Translations under genes and position numbers: made by a program
Notes under the pieces: generated by a model
What the model was told of the DNA's origin: nothing
What the model saw: only the letters and a program-made list of their open reading frames with translations
The model's database searches: none
In this document: in pieces, positions 33,930 through 44,284 of the stretch
Numbering within the stretch: the stretch's first letter is position 1
How the letters are laid out: the number at the start of each line of letters is the position of its first letter
From: an uncultured bacterium
GTDB lineage: Bacteria; Verrucomicrobiota; Kiritimatiellia; RFP12; UBA1067
NCBI GenBank assembly: GCA_902779865.1
Contig: CACZDG010000003.1
Span: 3,200-67,199 of the forward strand
Direction: 5' to 3'
DNA length: 64,000 bases

Positions 33930-33944
33930 TATATCCGCCCCCAC

Positions 33945-34000
33945 CCCCCCGCCCCGCCCCCGCCTTTCACCCCTGTTTGGACGGGCGGCGGGGCTCTTTC
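33945..34000 (+). terminator. GC-rich hairpin followed by CTCTTTC
   Basis: GCCCCGCCCCCGCC (33951-33964) pairs imperfectly with GGGCGGCGGGGC (33982-33993). Sits after the capsid genes. Confidence 0.35.
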
Positions 34001-34014
34001 AGAAAGGCAAAGAC

Positions 34015-34203
34015 ATGGACGAACTCGTACAGGAAAAGCTCAAGGCAATGGGCGTGAAGGAGACCAAGGAACTCACCGCCCTTCTCGCCGAATGGAAGCG
34101 CAGGCAGGACGCCGTGCGCCCTTCGCCGCTCTCGCTCGACGCCATCGTGTGCTGCACGATGCTCCACGACATGTTCATGCGCGGCAAGAAGGAGGAAGCC
34201 TAG
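34015..34203 (+). CDS. hypothetical 62-aa protein
   Basis: MDELVQEKLK. Confidence 0.45.
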   Translation: MDELVQEKLKAMGVKETKELTALLAEWKRRQDAVRPSPLSLDAIVCCTMLHDMFMRGKKEEA

Positions 34204-34204
34204 C

Positions 34205-35239
34205 ATGGCCTTCTTCGTGAGCGGCTCAATCGCGCTTGAGGCGGGAATCCTCGAAAAGGACGTTTCCGGCCTCGCCCTGCCGTTCACCCCGGCGCAGGTG
34301 GTCGTGTCGCTGCGCCAGCCGGACGCGGACGCGCCGTACGTCACCGCCACGCTGTGCGGCACGCCGACCGAAGACGGCTTCTCCGCGTCGTTCTCCGCGC
34401 CGATACCCAAGGCAGGATACCGGCTCGACTGGTGCGCCTGCGACGGCGAGGCGGTCACGGTTGACGGCGAATCACTCGCCGCGAACTACGCGGAGCTGAA
34501 AGGCGTCGTGGCGCGTTTCCTCGGCTACGACCCGACGGACCTCTCCGACGCGCAGGAAGCGGAGGTAGACTCGTGCATCCAGTCCGGCATACGCAATTTC
34601 TACTACCCTCCAAAGATGGAGGGCGTTGACGAGACATACGAATGGTCGTTCCTCCGCATGGCCTGCTCCGTGCAGACCGAGCCGGGCGTCGCGGACTACC
34701 GCATGGCGGACGGCTTCGGCAAGGTGCGCGGCGAGATATACTTCGGCGGCGAGGACATGCGCAAGCGCCCCATCGTGGTAGTTCCGATCAGCACCGTGCT
34801 CATGCGGCGCGGAAGGCACGAGACAGGCGCCCCGCGCTGCGCGGCGTTCTCGTTCAAGCACACCTTCGGCACGAAGGGCCAGTACGTCCAGATGATGCTC
34901 GACCCCACGCCGGACAAGGCGTACCAGCTGACGTTCTACGGCGAGGCGGACACGGGCCGCATATCGGACGAGAAGCCCTTCCCGCTCGGCGGCCCGGCGT
35001 TCGCGGAGCTTGTCACGGAGTCGTGCCTGGCATCCGCCGAGCAGCGCGTGAACGACGAGGCGGGGCTCCACACGGAGAACTTCCGCAACCTTCTGATTTC
35101 CATGATCGCGAAGGACCGGGGACGGTCCGGCGCGGACTACGGATACATGGGCGACAGGCCGGACTACGTTCCGCCGCCGACCTGCCGACCTTCCCTTATG
35201 GGCGGACTCAAAATCACCTACCACGGAAAGACGTGGTGA
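34205..35239 (+). CDS. virion structural protein (adaptor/head-tail candidate by position)
   Basis: ORF track. Confidence 0.6.
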   Translation: MAFFVSGSIALEAGILEKDVSGLALPFTPAQVVVSLRQPDADAPYVTATLCGTPTEDGFSASFSAPIPKAGYRLDWCACDGEAVTVDGESLAANYAELKGVVARFLGYDPTDLSDAQEAEVDSCIQSGIRNFYYPPKMEGVDETYEWSFLRMACSVQTEPGVADYRMADGFGKVRGEIYFGGEDMRKRPIVVVPISTVLMRRGRHETGAPRCAAFSFKHTFGTKGQYVQMMLDPTPDKAYQLTFYGEADTGRISDEKPFPLGGPAFAELVTESCLASAEQRVNDEAGLHTENFRNLLISMIAKDRGRSGADYGYMGDRPDYVPPPTCRPSLMGGLKITYHGKTW

Positions 35240-35250
35240 AGGAGGCAACC

Positions 35251-35418
35251 ATGGAAGCTAACGCAGATGCGGTCAGACTCGTGAAACCCTACGTGGAGGC
35301 GGCTATCGCCGCCGCGATCCAGAACGCCATCACGGCGTCGGACGGCGCGATCAAGACGGCAATCGAGACGGCGATCACCACACACGCCAACAAGACCACC
35401 GGCGTCCACGGCCTGTAA
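35251..35418 (+). CDS. 55-aa Ala/Ile/Thr-repeat protein ending in a fibre-like HANKTTGVHGL motif
   Basis: Own translation. GGAGG RBS. Confidence 0.45.
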   Translation: MEANADAVRLVKPYVEAAIAAAIQNAITASDGAIKTAIETAITTHANKTTGVHGL

Positions 35419-35430
35419 GGAGACGCGCCA

Positions 35431-35772
35431 ATGATCACCGCATCACAACTACGCTCGGCGGCGAACGGCACGGCGTGGAAAACTGCGTCGATGCGCGGCT
35501 ACCTCTTCAAGACCGTGCTGGACGCGGACGTTTACGGCGACGGCGCGTACACGCTCACATTCCGCAAGGCGGAGAACAGCGGCGGCTCGCCCGTCGATTA
35601 CGTCTTCTACTTCAACGTGGACGCGACGAAGAGCGCCACCGCAGCCGCCGCGACCTCCGCGACGAACCTCGTCCTCGACGAGGAGCTGCTGGGGCACGTC
35701 CTCAACTCGTCGTGGCAGACTTCGACGCAGGCTGACTGCGAAAGCGCACGCGACGGCGGCGGCAACTGGTAA
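35431..35772 (+). CDS. hypothetical virion-module protein
   Basis: ORF track. Confidence 0.55.
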   Translation: MITASQLRSAANGTAWKTASMRGYLFKTVLDADVYGDGAYTLTFRKAENSGGSPVDYVFYFNVDATKSATAAAATSATNLVLDEELLGHVLNSSWQTSTQADCESARDGGGNW

Positions 35773-35777
35773 GACGT

Positions 35778-37019
35778 ATGCGCACGGTTGCCAAGCAAAT
35801 CTACTGGCCCGTGCGCGGCGTTGAGCAATCATCCGCCTACCATGACGCCGCGCCGGACAGCCAGCGCACGTACGCATCGCCGTTCGCGCTGAACGTATGC
35901 ACTCGCGGCCCGATTGAGAGCCGCGAACGCGGCGGCTCTCGCCCCGGCGTTGCGGCCATACCCATTGCGCATCAGGCCGAGGTGCGCGACTTCCACCCCG
36001 CCTACGACGCGCCGTCCGCAGACGTGGGCGACGCACCCGTGGCGGCGTCCGTGGTGTCGAGATACCGCGACCGCGTGTTCGCCGCAAGCGGCGCGGACTG
36101 GTTCTGCTCCCGCGTTGGGAAGCACCGCGACTGGGACTACGGCGCGGACTACGCGGACATTTCCCGCGCCTGCGCCGGCAACCTCGCGTTCGCGGGGGAG
36201 CGCGGCGAGACGATCACGGCGATCATGCCCATCGACAACGGCACGCTATACGTCGCAACGCAGCACACGATGTGGCGGCTCCTTGGCGATCCCGCCAACG
36301 GCGACATGCAGCTCGTCTCGCGTGAGTACGGCGTCGTCGGCCCCAATGCGTGGTGCAACGCAAACCGCAGGCTTCTCTTCGTGTCGCACCGTGGATTCGT
36401 CTCGCTGACCTACGGCGAAATGCCAACGTTCCAGAGCGGCGGGCTTCCTTTCTTCCCGACCGACCCCGAGACGATACTCGGCTTCGACGCGAAGGAGAAC
36501 TGCTGCTATTCGTTTTCAAGCCACGGCTCGTACCTCGTCGATGTCGGCATGGGAACGCAGAACCCGGCCTTCTGGCCCATCGCGCTCCCGTTCGACGCGG
36601 ACGTGCCGCAGGCCGTCGGAACTTACGACGGCGCGATTGCTTTCAAGTACGGAGGCTCGTGGCATCAATTCGACGATTCCGTCCCGTGCGAGCTTCCTTC
36701 GCAGATCGCGTTCGGGCCGCTCCGCGTCTCCGCGTCGGACGACGTTGACGGATTCATCGCGGAGCTTCACGCCACCTTTGCCGAGGGCTCCGCAGACGTG
36801 ACCGCCACGATCTACACGGGGCACTCCGCAGAAGCCGCCACGCGCAACGCCGTGAACGGCGTCGGGGGCGTGGCGTACACGCTTCCGGCGGGATGGAACC
36901 CCGTGTGGCGTCCGCGAAAACGCGGCGCGTGGGCGATAGTAGTTCTTTCAAGCACAGGCAAGTGGGCGTTTGAGGCAATGCGCGCCGTTTGCCGCCATAC
37001 AGGGAGGCTTAGGCCATGA
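35778..37019 (+). CDS. virion structural protein (tail candidate by position)
   Basis: ORF track. Confidence 0.6.
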   Translation: MRTVAKQIYWPVRGVEQSSAYHDAAPDSQRTYASPFALNVCTRGPIESRERGGSRPGVAAIPIAHQAEVRDFHPAYDAPSADVGDAPVAASVVSRYRDRVFAASGADWFCSRVGKHRDWDYGADYADISRACAGNLAFAGERGETITAIMPIDNGTLYVATQHTMWRLLGDPANGDMQLVSREYGVVGPNAWCNANRRLLFVSHRGFVSLTYGEMPTFQSGGLPFFPTDPETILGFDAKENCCYSFSSHGSYLVDVGMGTQNPAFWPIALPFDADVPQAVGTYDGAIAFKYGGSWHQFDDSVPCELPSQIAFGPLRVSASDDVDGFIAELHATFAEGSADVTATIYTGHSAEAATRNAVNGVGGVAYTLPAGWNPVWRPRKRGAWAIVVLSSTGKWAFEAMRAVCRHTGRLRP

Positions 37020-38260
37020 GCAGTTCCGCAACACCGATACTTGACCCGATAGCGGTGCAGGCCGCGTCCTACACGCCAACGCCGCAGGCCGCGATGCAGG
37101 TTTCGCGGTGGTTCGCCACCGAGACGATGGAGGTTGAGGTTGGCGACACCGTGGGGCGTCCCGCGCAGGAGGTGAAGCTCTCGCGCGACGTGGTGACGTA
37201 CCTTCTCGCAAACGGCTGGTACATCACCGACTACATGGCGTCCGCAGAGGGCGGCGAGTGGACGAGCACGGCCACCGCGACTGCGCAGACCACCAACTCC
37301 GCAATCTCCAACACGCACTCCAGGGCCACAAACACGCCGCAGGGCAACAAGGAAATCAACCACTATACGCTGGCGGAGGGTGCGGGTGGTACTGACAACG
37401 GCATGAAGTCGTCGCACACCACCGTGGTGCCCACTCCCTCCGTCGGCACCGTGGACGGCAACGCGGACGCATCCAGTCAGGGCACGTCCTTCACCTCCAG
37501 CACGAACGGCGGCGCTCCGTACTGGTACTCGTGCTTCAAGGTGCGCCTCCAGCGCAGGCGCATACAGGCGGAGCAGGTGCTTCAGGACATGGTGGAGTCC
37601 TTCACCGACGCCTACAACGAGGGGCGGCAGGTCAACTCCGACCGCTACGACGAGATAGTGTCGCTCTACGCGCTCATGCTTGCGCGGACGGAGAGCGAGG
37701 CGAACAACGTGTTCTCCGCGCTTTCGCCCGACGACTTCAAGCCGCTTGCGGAAATGGTGGTGGACGCGGTAAGGGAGGCGCTGGAGAACTACCGCAACGC
37801 GCTTGGCGACCTGCCCGAGGACTGGATGGCAAGCCGCACGCAGGAAATCAACGACAGGTACGACGCCCTTCTCTCCGAGGCGCAGTCGAAGATGATAACG
37901 GCGGGGACGTACAACTCCACCGTCTGGCCCACTACGGCAAGCGGTATCGAGCGCGACCGGCAGAAGGCCCTGAACGACCTCAAGGATGAAATGGTGACGT
38001 TGAAGGTGGACGTGTACGGCAAGATCGCGTCCATCACGGCGGACATCGGCAAGCAGCTCCTCGACTGCGAGATACGCATCATCGAGGCGATGCAGAAGAT
38101 GCTCGTCGGCCCGACGGAGCTTCGTAACACCGTGTTCAAGTGGATGCTCGACTTCATGGAGCGCCGCGACGACGACCACCCCTCGCTGGAATCGCTCGTC
38201 ACCGTGTCCGAGAAGCTCGGCTACGCGGAGGGTGCGCCCGCCGCGAACATATCGCAGTAG
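37016..38260 (+). CDS. virion structural protein (tail candidate by position)
   Basis: ORF track, ATGA-coupled. Confidence 0.6.
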   Translation: MSSSATPILDPIAVQAASYTPTPQAAMQVSRWFATETMEVEVGDTVGRPAQEVKLSRDVVTYLLANGWYITDYMASAEGGEWTSTATATAQTTNSAISNTHSRATNTPQGNKEINHYTLAEGAGGTDNGMKSSHTTVVPTPSVGTVDGNADASSQGTSFTSSTNGGAPYWYSCFKVRLQRRRIQAEQVLQDMVESFTDAYNEGRQVNSDRYDEIVSLYALMLARTESEANNVFSALSPDDFKPLAEMVVDAVREALENYRNALGDLPEDWMASRTQEINDRYDALLSEAQSKMITAGTYNSTVWPTTASGIERDRQKALNDLKDEMVTLKVDVYGKIASITADIGKQLLDCEIRIIEAMQKMLVGPTELRNTVFKWMLDFMERRDDDHPSLESLVTVSEKLGYAEGAPAANISQ

Positions 38261-38269
38261 GAGGCTTGA

Positions 38270-41200
38270 ATGGGCATCGGCGGCGTTACATACACGGACG
38301 GCAGGGGACGCAAGCGGAACCTCGACGTAAACTCGCTGGAGGACTTCAAGGCGCAGTTCGGCGCGGCGGCGCGTACCCCGCGCCAGCGCGTCACGCCGCA
38401 GTTGCCTGCGCCCGGAGCGGCGCAGCCGCAGCCGAACGCCGCGCCCGACACCATGCCCGGCTCCGCCGTGGTGAACACGCGCAGCGGGCTTGCACTGAAA
38501 GGCGAGGAGAACGACCCCACGGTGCCGGGCAAGAAGGTGTACGGCTCGGTTAATGGCGTGAAGGGCTACCACACGCTTGACGAGATAGACCCGCTTGCCG
38601 GCGGCGGACGCCGCGTGGGGCATGACGGCTCCGTGAACGACGCAAGCGACGAGACGCCGGACGGCGATAGCGTACAGGGCTTTGACGGGCAGGGCTTCGA
38701 CGTGCCCGTGGCCTCGCGCATCGCGCTGACAGGCGGCGAGGACGGCGTTTACACGCTCTACCAGTTCACGCGCGATCTGCGGTTCTCCAGCGGACGCAGG
38801 GCTGGCGGGGTGTCCGCCGAGGAGAAGAAGGAAATCGGCACGATATTGATTCCCGCCGACGGCGCGGCGGACGCGCCCGACTACCCGTTCGCCGTGAAGA
38901 TGGTGTCTTCCGACAGCGCGGGGAACGAGAAGTACGGCATCTACCTTCCCCCGAACATCCTCTACGTCGCGGACGAGCAGCCCGACTTCACCACGGAGCT
39001 CAACGCCGTGCAGGACATGTCTGCATGGTACGAACTCCCCGACGGCCATAACTACGGCCCCGTGTACCTCCACGTCACGCTGCCATACGACGAAGAGCCG
39101 GTAACTGGCGAGACGGAGGGCGGGCACCATGACGCGGAGGCGGAGATCGTCACGGCGGCGGACGAACCCGGCGAACACGACCTCTACATAGAGATAGCAG
39201 ACATTGGAGACGATGGCGTCGTGCAGAAGGTTGTCGGTTCGCTTGTGATAGGCAAGAGCGCGGACGGCGACGACGCAAGCATCGCCGTGAGCAAGGAGGA
39301 CATTCCCGCGACATCTGCGACAGATCCCGAAGGCGAACACCCGGCAGGCGTCCAGCTCACTTTCACGCCAAAGGTGAATGGCAAGGCAGACTCCCGTAAT
39401 CCCGCCGTAACGGCGGCGTTGTACAACGGCGCGGACGGAGCGGACGCGGGACTTGAGATGTCCACCACAACGCCAGCGGATCCCGGAGGGCTTCACCCGA
39501 ACGGCGGAACAACCATTGTTTTGCAGCCGAAGAAGGACGGCGAGGATGACGGCCAGCCTACGGAGGTGACGGTATGGAACGGCGATGACGGCGATGACGG
39601 GGATGATGGCGCAGACGCAGGCATAACCGTCACGACTACGCCCATAAACCCCGACACCGACCATCCCAACGGTGGCACGACACTCACGTTTCAGCCCACA
39701 AAGGACGGCCAGCCCGATGGACAGCCGACGGAAATCAATGTAATCAACGGCCTAGATGGAAACAACGCGGCGGCGGCGACGGTCACGGTAGGCACCACGA
39801 CTACGGTGGCGTCAACGGAGAACGCGGAAGTCACGAACAGCGGTACAACCAGTGCGGCAATACTGAACTTCAAGATACCGCGTGGCGCAGATGGCGCGGA
39901 CAGCACCGTGCCGGGGCCGCAGGGCGTGGGCATATCGAACGTCTCCAGCGGAACGCCCACGTCGAGCGGTGGCTATACGACGACGCCCGTCACGGTCACG
40001 CTCACGAACAACACCACGGCAAGTTTCAACGTAACGGCAAAGGACGGCACGGACGGCGCGGACAGCACAGTGCCGGGACCTGCCAATTCGATAACGGTTT
40101 CACATACGTCCATTACCGGCGGACGCACCGTGACGATTACGCCGGAGACGGGCACGGCGGACTCGTTCGACGTAATGGATGGCGTGTCGCCCACGGCCTC
40201 GGTGACGAAAAGCGGCAAGACGGCGACGATAATAATCACCGACAAGAACGGCACGACGACGCAGACGGTCTCGGACGGCAAGGACGCGACGGTCGAGATT
40301 GACAAGACGAGTGCGCCTGTCTCAAGTGGACACACGGGCACGAGGATAACGTTCAAGGCGAAGTCCGGCGGCGTCGTCACCGACACCGAAGTCGTCGATG
40401 TGTACGATGGCGTGGACGGCAGTCCCGCGTCTGCAACCCCACTATCCAACAGTGCGCCCGAGACGCCGGTGCTCGACCATTCCCGTTCGACACCGGGCCG
40501 GGCGTTGGCAGGCACGTCCAACGCGGCAGCGCGTGCGGACCATGTTCATAAGCTGCCGAATACCGTCGTTGACACGGTGAACGACCAGACCGTGGCTGGG
40601 GAAAAGATATTCAGGGAAAAGATTGAGGTCGTGCCATCCGACAATGCGGCGTGGCATGGCGTGTACAGGGCGAACTACATCCAGCTCCAGAGCGGCGGGG
40701 ACACGGGGAACATGGGGCTGTCGTTCTACAAGACCAGCGACCTCACAAAGCCCGACCTCGGCACGTACATGGCGTTTCTCATCTGCTATTACGAGTCCGG
40801 GACCATGGAGCTGGGCACCAACGCCAACGGCGGCGGGAATCTCGTCTTGTCGGTCGGCAACGCCAACAAGAACATCTCACTGCTGGCCACAGGGAAGGGC
40901 AGCAAAATCCTCCTGTCAGCAAAGGCCGGCAACGGGGTGGAGCTGAACGCCGTCAACACGGACGCCGTGCAAACAACGCTGAAGGCCGTGGCCGCGATGG
41001 GGTGGGTGAACGACAAGTTCCTGCGCAAGACGGACGCGGTGCTGTCGTTGCAGGGCGAGGGGCAGAATCCCGTCAAGGTCAAGGGCGCGGTCAAGCTCGT
41101 GGGCGGACAGAGCGACACGGGGCACGTCCCCGTCAACGTGGCAAGCCCGACATCGCAAACCGGCGACACGATTACGATAGCCGTCCCCGTGGGAACCGGC

Positions 41201-42427
41201 CACGACGTGGCGGCACGGGGGGACCATACCCACAACTACGTCACTCCGAGCCAGCTCACTGGCTACGTCACCATCGCCACCGCGCAGACGGTGACGGGAG
41301 ACAAGACTTTCACCAAGCCGATCAACGTGGAGGCTGTCGCGTCTGGCGTCACGGGGAAAGCGGTTTACTCCTCCAACGCCATCCAGCTCCGCCCGGTATC
41401 AGACAGCTACGACATGTGGCTGAACTTCTACAAGCCGGGGACGGAGGGGCAGGGATCGGGCTTCGGCCTGCCGATGGCGTACCTCACGTGCAATTCGACA
41501 AGCGGAAGCGTATCGCTGGGCACGGCCGCGTACGGCGGGCACGTCACGGTGGGTCCGGGCGTTGATTCGCCGTCCAAAAACCTGTACCTCCGCGCAGATG
41601 GTTCCGAAGGGCGGGTCGTCCTGCGTGCGGCAGCGGCCAACGACGTGGTGCTGGACAAAACACCCACGCAAAGCGTGGACACGTCGTCGAGGTCCGTCGT
41701 CACTACGGGCTGGGTGAACTCCCACTTCACTGCCGGAAGCAACATCTCGATCACCGACGGCAGCGACGGCACGAAGGTCATTGCCGCCACGGTCCAGAAG
41801 GGCGACCCCGGCGCGGCGGCGGGGTTCGGCACGCCGACGGCGACGGCGACGTCGCTTTCCAGCACGGCGCAGCCGACTGTGGAGGTGACGGCAAGCGGCG
41901 CGAACACGGCGAAGGTGTTTGCGTTCGCGTTCGGCATCCCCAGAGGGGAGAAGGGCGACCCCGGCGCGGACGGCAAGGACGGCAAGGACGGCGCGCCAGG
42001 CGCAACGGGACCGCAAGGCCCGAAAGGCGACAAGGGCGACAAGGGCGATCCAGGGGAGGACGGTGAGGACGGCGCGCAAGGGCCGCGAGGACTGCAGGGC
42101 GCAACGGGACCGCAAGGCCCTAAAGGCGACAAGGGCGACAAGGGCGACACGGGCGACAAGGGCGACACGGGTGAAACCGGCGCGCAAGGGCCGCGAGGAC
42201 TGCAGGGCGCAACGGGACCGCAAGGCCCTAAAGGCGACAAGGGCGATTCTGCGGAACTTCCCAATATAAACGTGGTGATCAATGTCGCTCTCAATTACGA
42301 TGAAAGCAGCCACAAGTTCACGATGACCTTGACGAAGAAAAATCTCAAGACTGGAGCCGAAACGACGGAAGGCCCGACGACCGTATTCACCGCCGTTTCC
42401 CACGACACCGCATACGGGAGTAACTGA
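38270..42427 (+). CDS. 1385-aa tail fibre with DG-rich beta repeats, two paralogous modules and a collagen-like G-X-Y tract
   Basis: Repeated ...DG.DGADSTVPGP... segments. AARADHVHKLP and AARGDHTHNYV modules. About 105 residues of GXY (GEKGDPGADGKDGKDGAPGATGPQGPKGDKGD...). Confidence 0.8.
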   Translation: MGIGGVTYTDGRGRKRNLDVNSLEDFKAQFGAAARTPRQRVTPQLPAPGAAQPQPNAAPDTMPGSAVVNTRSGLALKGEENDPTVPGKKVYGSVNGVKGYHTLDEIDPLAGGGRRVGHDGSVNDASDETPDGDSVQGFDGQGFDVPVASRIALTGGEDGVYTLYQFTRDLRFSSGRRAGGVSAEEKKEIGTILIPADGAADAPDYPFAVKMVSSDSAGNEKYGIYLPPNILYVADEQPDFTTELNAVQDMSAWYELPDGHNYGPVYLHVTLPYDEEPVTGETEGGHHDAEAEIVTAADEPGEHDLYIEIADIGDDGVVQKVVGSLVIGKSADGDDASIAVSKEDIPATSATDPEGEHPAGVQLTFTPKVNGKADSRNPAVTAALYNGADGADAGLEMSTTTPADPGGLHPNGGTTIVLQPKKDGEDDGQPTEVTVWNGDDGDDGDDGADAGITVTTTPINPDTDHPNGGTTLTFQPTKDGQPDGQPTEINVINGLDGNNAAAATVTVGTTTTVASTENAEVTNSGTTSAAILNFKIPRGADGADSTVPGPQGVGISNVSSGTPTSSGGYTTTPVTVTLTNNTTASFNVTAKDGTDGADSTVPGPANSITVSHTSITGGRTVTITPETGTADSFDVMDGVSPTASVTKSGKTATIIITDKNGTTTQTVSDGKDATVEIDKTSAPVSSGHTGTRITFKAKSGGVVTDTEVVDVYDGVDGSPASATPLSNSAPETPVLDHSRSTPGRALAGTSNAAARADHVHKLPNTVVDTVNDQTVAGEKIFREKIEVVPSDNAAWHGVYRANYIQLQSGGDTGNMGLSFYKTSDLTKPDLGTYMAFLICYYESGTMELGTNANGGGNLVLSVGNANKNISLLATGKGSKILLSAKAGNGVELNAVNTDAVQTTLKAVAAMGWVNDKFLRKTDAVLSLQGEGQNPVKVKGAVKLVGGQSDTGHVPVNVASPTSQTGDTITIAVPVGTGHDVAARGDHTHNYVTPSQLTGYVTIATAQTVTGDKTFTKPINVEAVASGVTGKAVYSSNAIQLRPVSDSYDMWLNFYKPGTEGQGSGFGLPMAYLTCNSTSGSVSLGTAAYGGHVTVGPGVDSPSKNLYLRADGSEGRVVLRAAAANDVVLDKTPTQSVDTSSRSVVTTGWVNSHFTAGSNISITDGSDGTKVIAATVQKGDPGAAAGFGTPTATATSLSSTAQPTVEVTASGANTAKVFAFAFGIPRGEKGDPGADGKDGKDGAPGATGPQGPKGDKGDKGDPGEDGEDGAQGPRGLQGATGPQGPKGDKGDKGDTGDKGDTGETGAQGPRGLQGATGPQGPKGDKGDSAELPNINVVINVALNYDESSHKFTMTLTKKNLKTGAETTEGPTTVFTAVSHDTAYGSN
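42070..42246 (+). repeat. perfect 69-bp direct repeat (42070-42138 and 42178-42246) inside the collagen-like tract
   Basis: Read directly. Copies are offset by 108 bp, so the repeat is in frame. Confidence 0.9.
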
Positions 42428-42429
42428 CG

Positions 42430-43179
42430 ATGAGCAAGCAGATAAGTCTGTTTTCCAACATCGACTGGGAGGCGGTGCAGGTTTCACACCCCGGCATTCC
42501 TGATAGTGCATGGAGTGCGGGTCAGCCGTCTTTCGTGGCGGATGACAGACCGTATCACAGCATTGTCAGGCCCCCAGACTACGGCATACCGCCGGAGAAC
42601 AAACCGAAATGGACGATTGGCGGCGTGGTGTACACTCGGACACTCGACCATTGGGAATACACCTACGACGCAACAGATCCGTGGTCAGAATGGACGGACC
42701 GGGTTTATTCTAACATCACTGGCGTGTTCATCAACAACGAAATATGCGAGGTGCCAGATGTCCAGCCTCCCTATACCGGCGGCACATTGAATGTAATCGC
42801 CTACATGAAACTGGTTCGCGCCGACGAGGATCCCGACGCAACTTGGTTGATTACCGTAGAGGCCAGTCCAGCAAACGGGGGCGTGATAACGATAGACGGA
42901 GAGGCCATAAGCAGCAAGCGGGTTCCAAGGAACGGGAGCGCAACGGTCAGGGAAACGCCAAATGCGGGTTTCGCTTTCAAATGGTGGACGTTTCGTCCTC
43001 AATACGGCGACAGGACTTTCCCCGGCCCTGCGTATGTGCTTACGCCGACCGGTGACTTGAGTTGCGTGGCGTATTTCCGGAGGGCGACCGGCAAGCTGCT
43101 CTGCACGGGCTCGGACTCGAGCGCCGGCGCGGGGAAGATGCTGTGCGACTCGTCGGGCAACCTTCTGTACGACGGCTGA
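42430..43179 (+). CDS. hypothetical tail-associated protein with InlB-B-repeat-like segment
   Basis: ITVEASPANGGVITIDGEAISSKRVPRNGSATVRETPNAGFAFKWW. The 5' half is noticeably lower in GC. Confidence 0.6.
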   Translation: MSKQISLFSNIDWEAVQVSHPGIPDSAWSAGQPSFVADDRPYHSIVRPPDYGIPPENKPKWTIGGVVYTRTLDHWEYTYDATDPWSEWTDRVYSNITGVFINNEICEVPDVQPPYTGGTLNVIAYMKLVRADEDPDATWLITVEASPANGGVITIDGEAISSKRVPRNGSATVRETPNAGFAFKWWTFRPQYGDRTFPGPAYVLTPTGDLSCVAYFRRATGKLLCTGSDSSAGAGKMLCDSSGNLLYDG

Positions 43180-43231
43180 CGGGAGGCGGATTTCGGAAAC
43201 TGGAAGGCCGAAACATGAAAGGAACTGAATC

Positions 43232-44281
43232 ATGGCAATCAAGGTAAAGCACGAAATGAACGCGGCACCGGCCGCAGCGGCGACGCTCGTCGCCGGCAGG
43301 GCGCGGAGGTCGATGGAGACGGCGCGGATGTTCGCGGCGGGCTCCGGGAGCGGCGGTCGCGGCGGAGGCACCACGGGGGCGCAGGCGCACCCGATAAGCC
43401 CCGGCGGAATACAGGCGCACGTCGCGGCGGCGCACGCCCCCGGCGTCACCGACTGGGAGGGAACGAGGCGCGAGAACGCCGCGCAGGAGGCCGCGAGGCT
43501 GAAACAGGCGATGGACGTTGCGAACGCGAACAACGCCGCCGCGAAGGAGCGCGCCCAGATGGGCATCGACGCGGACGCCGCGAAACTGGACAAAACGCAG
43601 GAGTTCACGAAGAGCCAGACGGAGGCGGATCGCAAGTGGCGCGAGGAGCAGGAATCTAACAGGCTGAAGCTGGAACAGGAGCTGTACGACTACAAGCTCA
43701 CGCGGAAGCAGAAGATGGAGCTTGCCGCGATCAACGACGCGCTGGAGGAGGCGCGCGCGTCCGGGCGCTTCTCGGACGACGAGATGGCGGAGCTTGAGCA
43801 GCAGGCGTATATCCGCCGCGCCGGAATCAAGCCACTTCCCACGCCGCGCGAGAAGGACGCGCAGAGGGCGTTCGACGAGCGCATCGTGACCGCCGGGGGC
43901 GTGCGCGGCTACATCAACTCAAAGGGCGACTTCGAGCCGTTCCAGGACCCGAACGCGAAAAACGAGAAGCGCCTCACTCTCAACGACGTGCTGAAGAACG
44001 TGCCGACGAAGAAAGTCGACCCGGCGGATCCGGTGGGAAATGAAATCGACGTCCCAATCAGCGAACGGCTTGACATGGCGCAGAAGATCCTCGACAGGAT
44101 GTACCCGCCGCAGACAACAGAGACGCCGCAGCCCGCCGCACCTACGAGTCCCGCTCCTACGCCCACGGCGCAACCCACGGCGGCAGGTACTGCGCAACCC
44201 GCGCCGGTCCAGCCTCCGCCAGCGGACGCGACGCCAGAGCAGAAAGCCGACTACGCAGACAAGAGGTGGATGAGGAGGTAG
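43232..44281 (+). CDS. coiled-coil, Ala/Pro-rich putative internal virion protein
   Basis: ORF track. Composition and position. Confidence 0.6.
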   Translation: MAIKVKHEMNAAPAAAATLVAGRARRSMETARMFAAGSGSGGRGGGTTGAQAHPISPGGIQAHVAAAHAPGVTDWEGTRRENAAQEAARLKQAMDVANANNAAAKERAQMGIDADAAKLDKTQEFTKSQTEADRKWREEQESNRLKLEQELYDYKLTRKQKMELAAINDALEEARASGRFSDDEMAELEQQAYIRRAGIKPLPTPREKDAQRAFDERIVTAGGVRGYINSKGDFEPFQDPNAKNEKRLTLNDVLKNVPTKKVDPADPVGNEIDVPISERLDMAQKILDRMYPPQTTETPQPAAPTSPAPTPTAQPTAAGTAQPAPVQPPPADATPEQKADYADKRWMRR

Positions 44282-44284
44282 CCC

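Noticed and set aside
41428-42294. 288-aa minus-strand ORF and 116-aa plus-strand ORF inside the collagen-like tract
   Set aside because: They are alternative frames of the G-X-Y coding repeats (Pro/Ser/Arg-rich). The fibre frame is continuous for 1385 codons.
38270-43179. Diversity-generating retroelement or retron associated with the fibre genes
   Set aside because: No reverse-transcriptase-like ORF (YxDD motif) is present anywhere in the window. I also saw no template/variable repeat pair beyond the in-frame collagen duplication.
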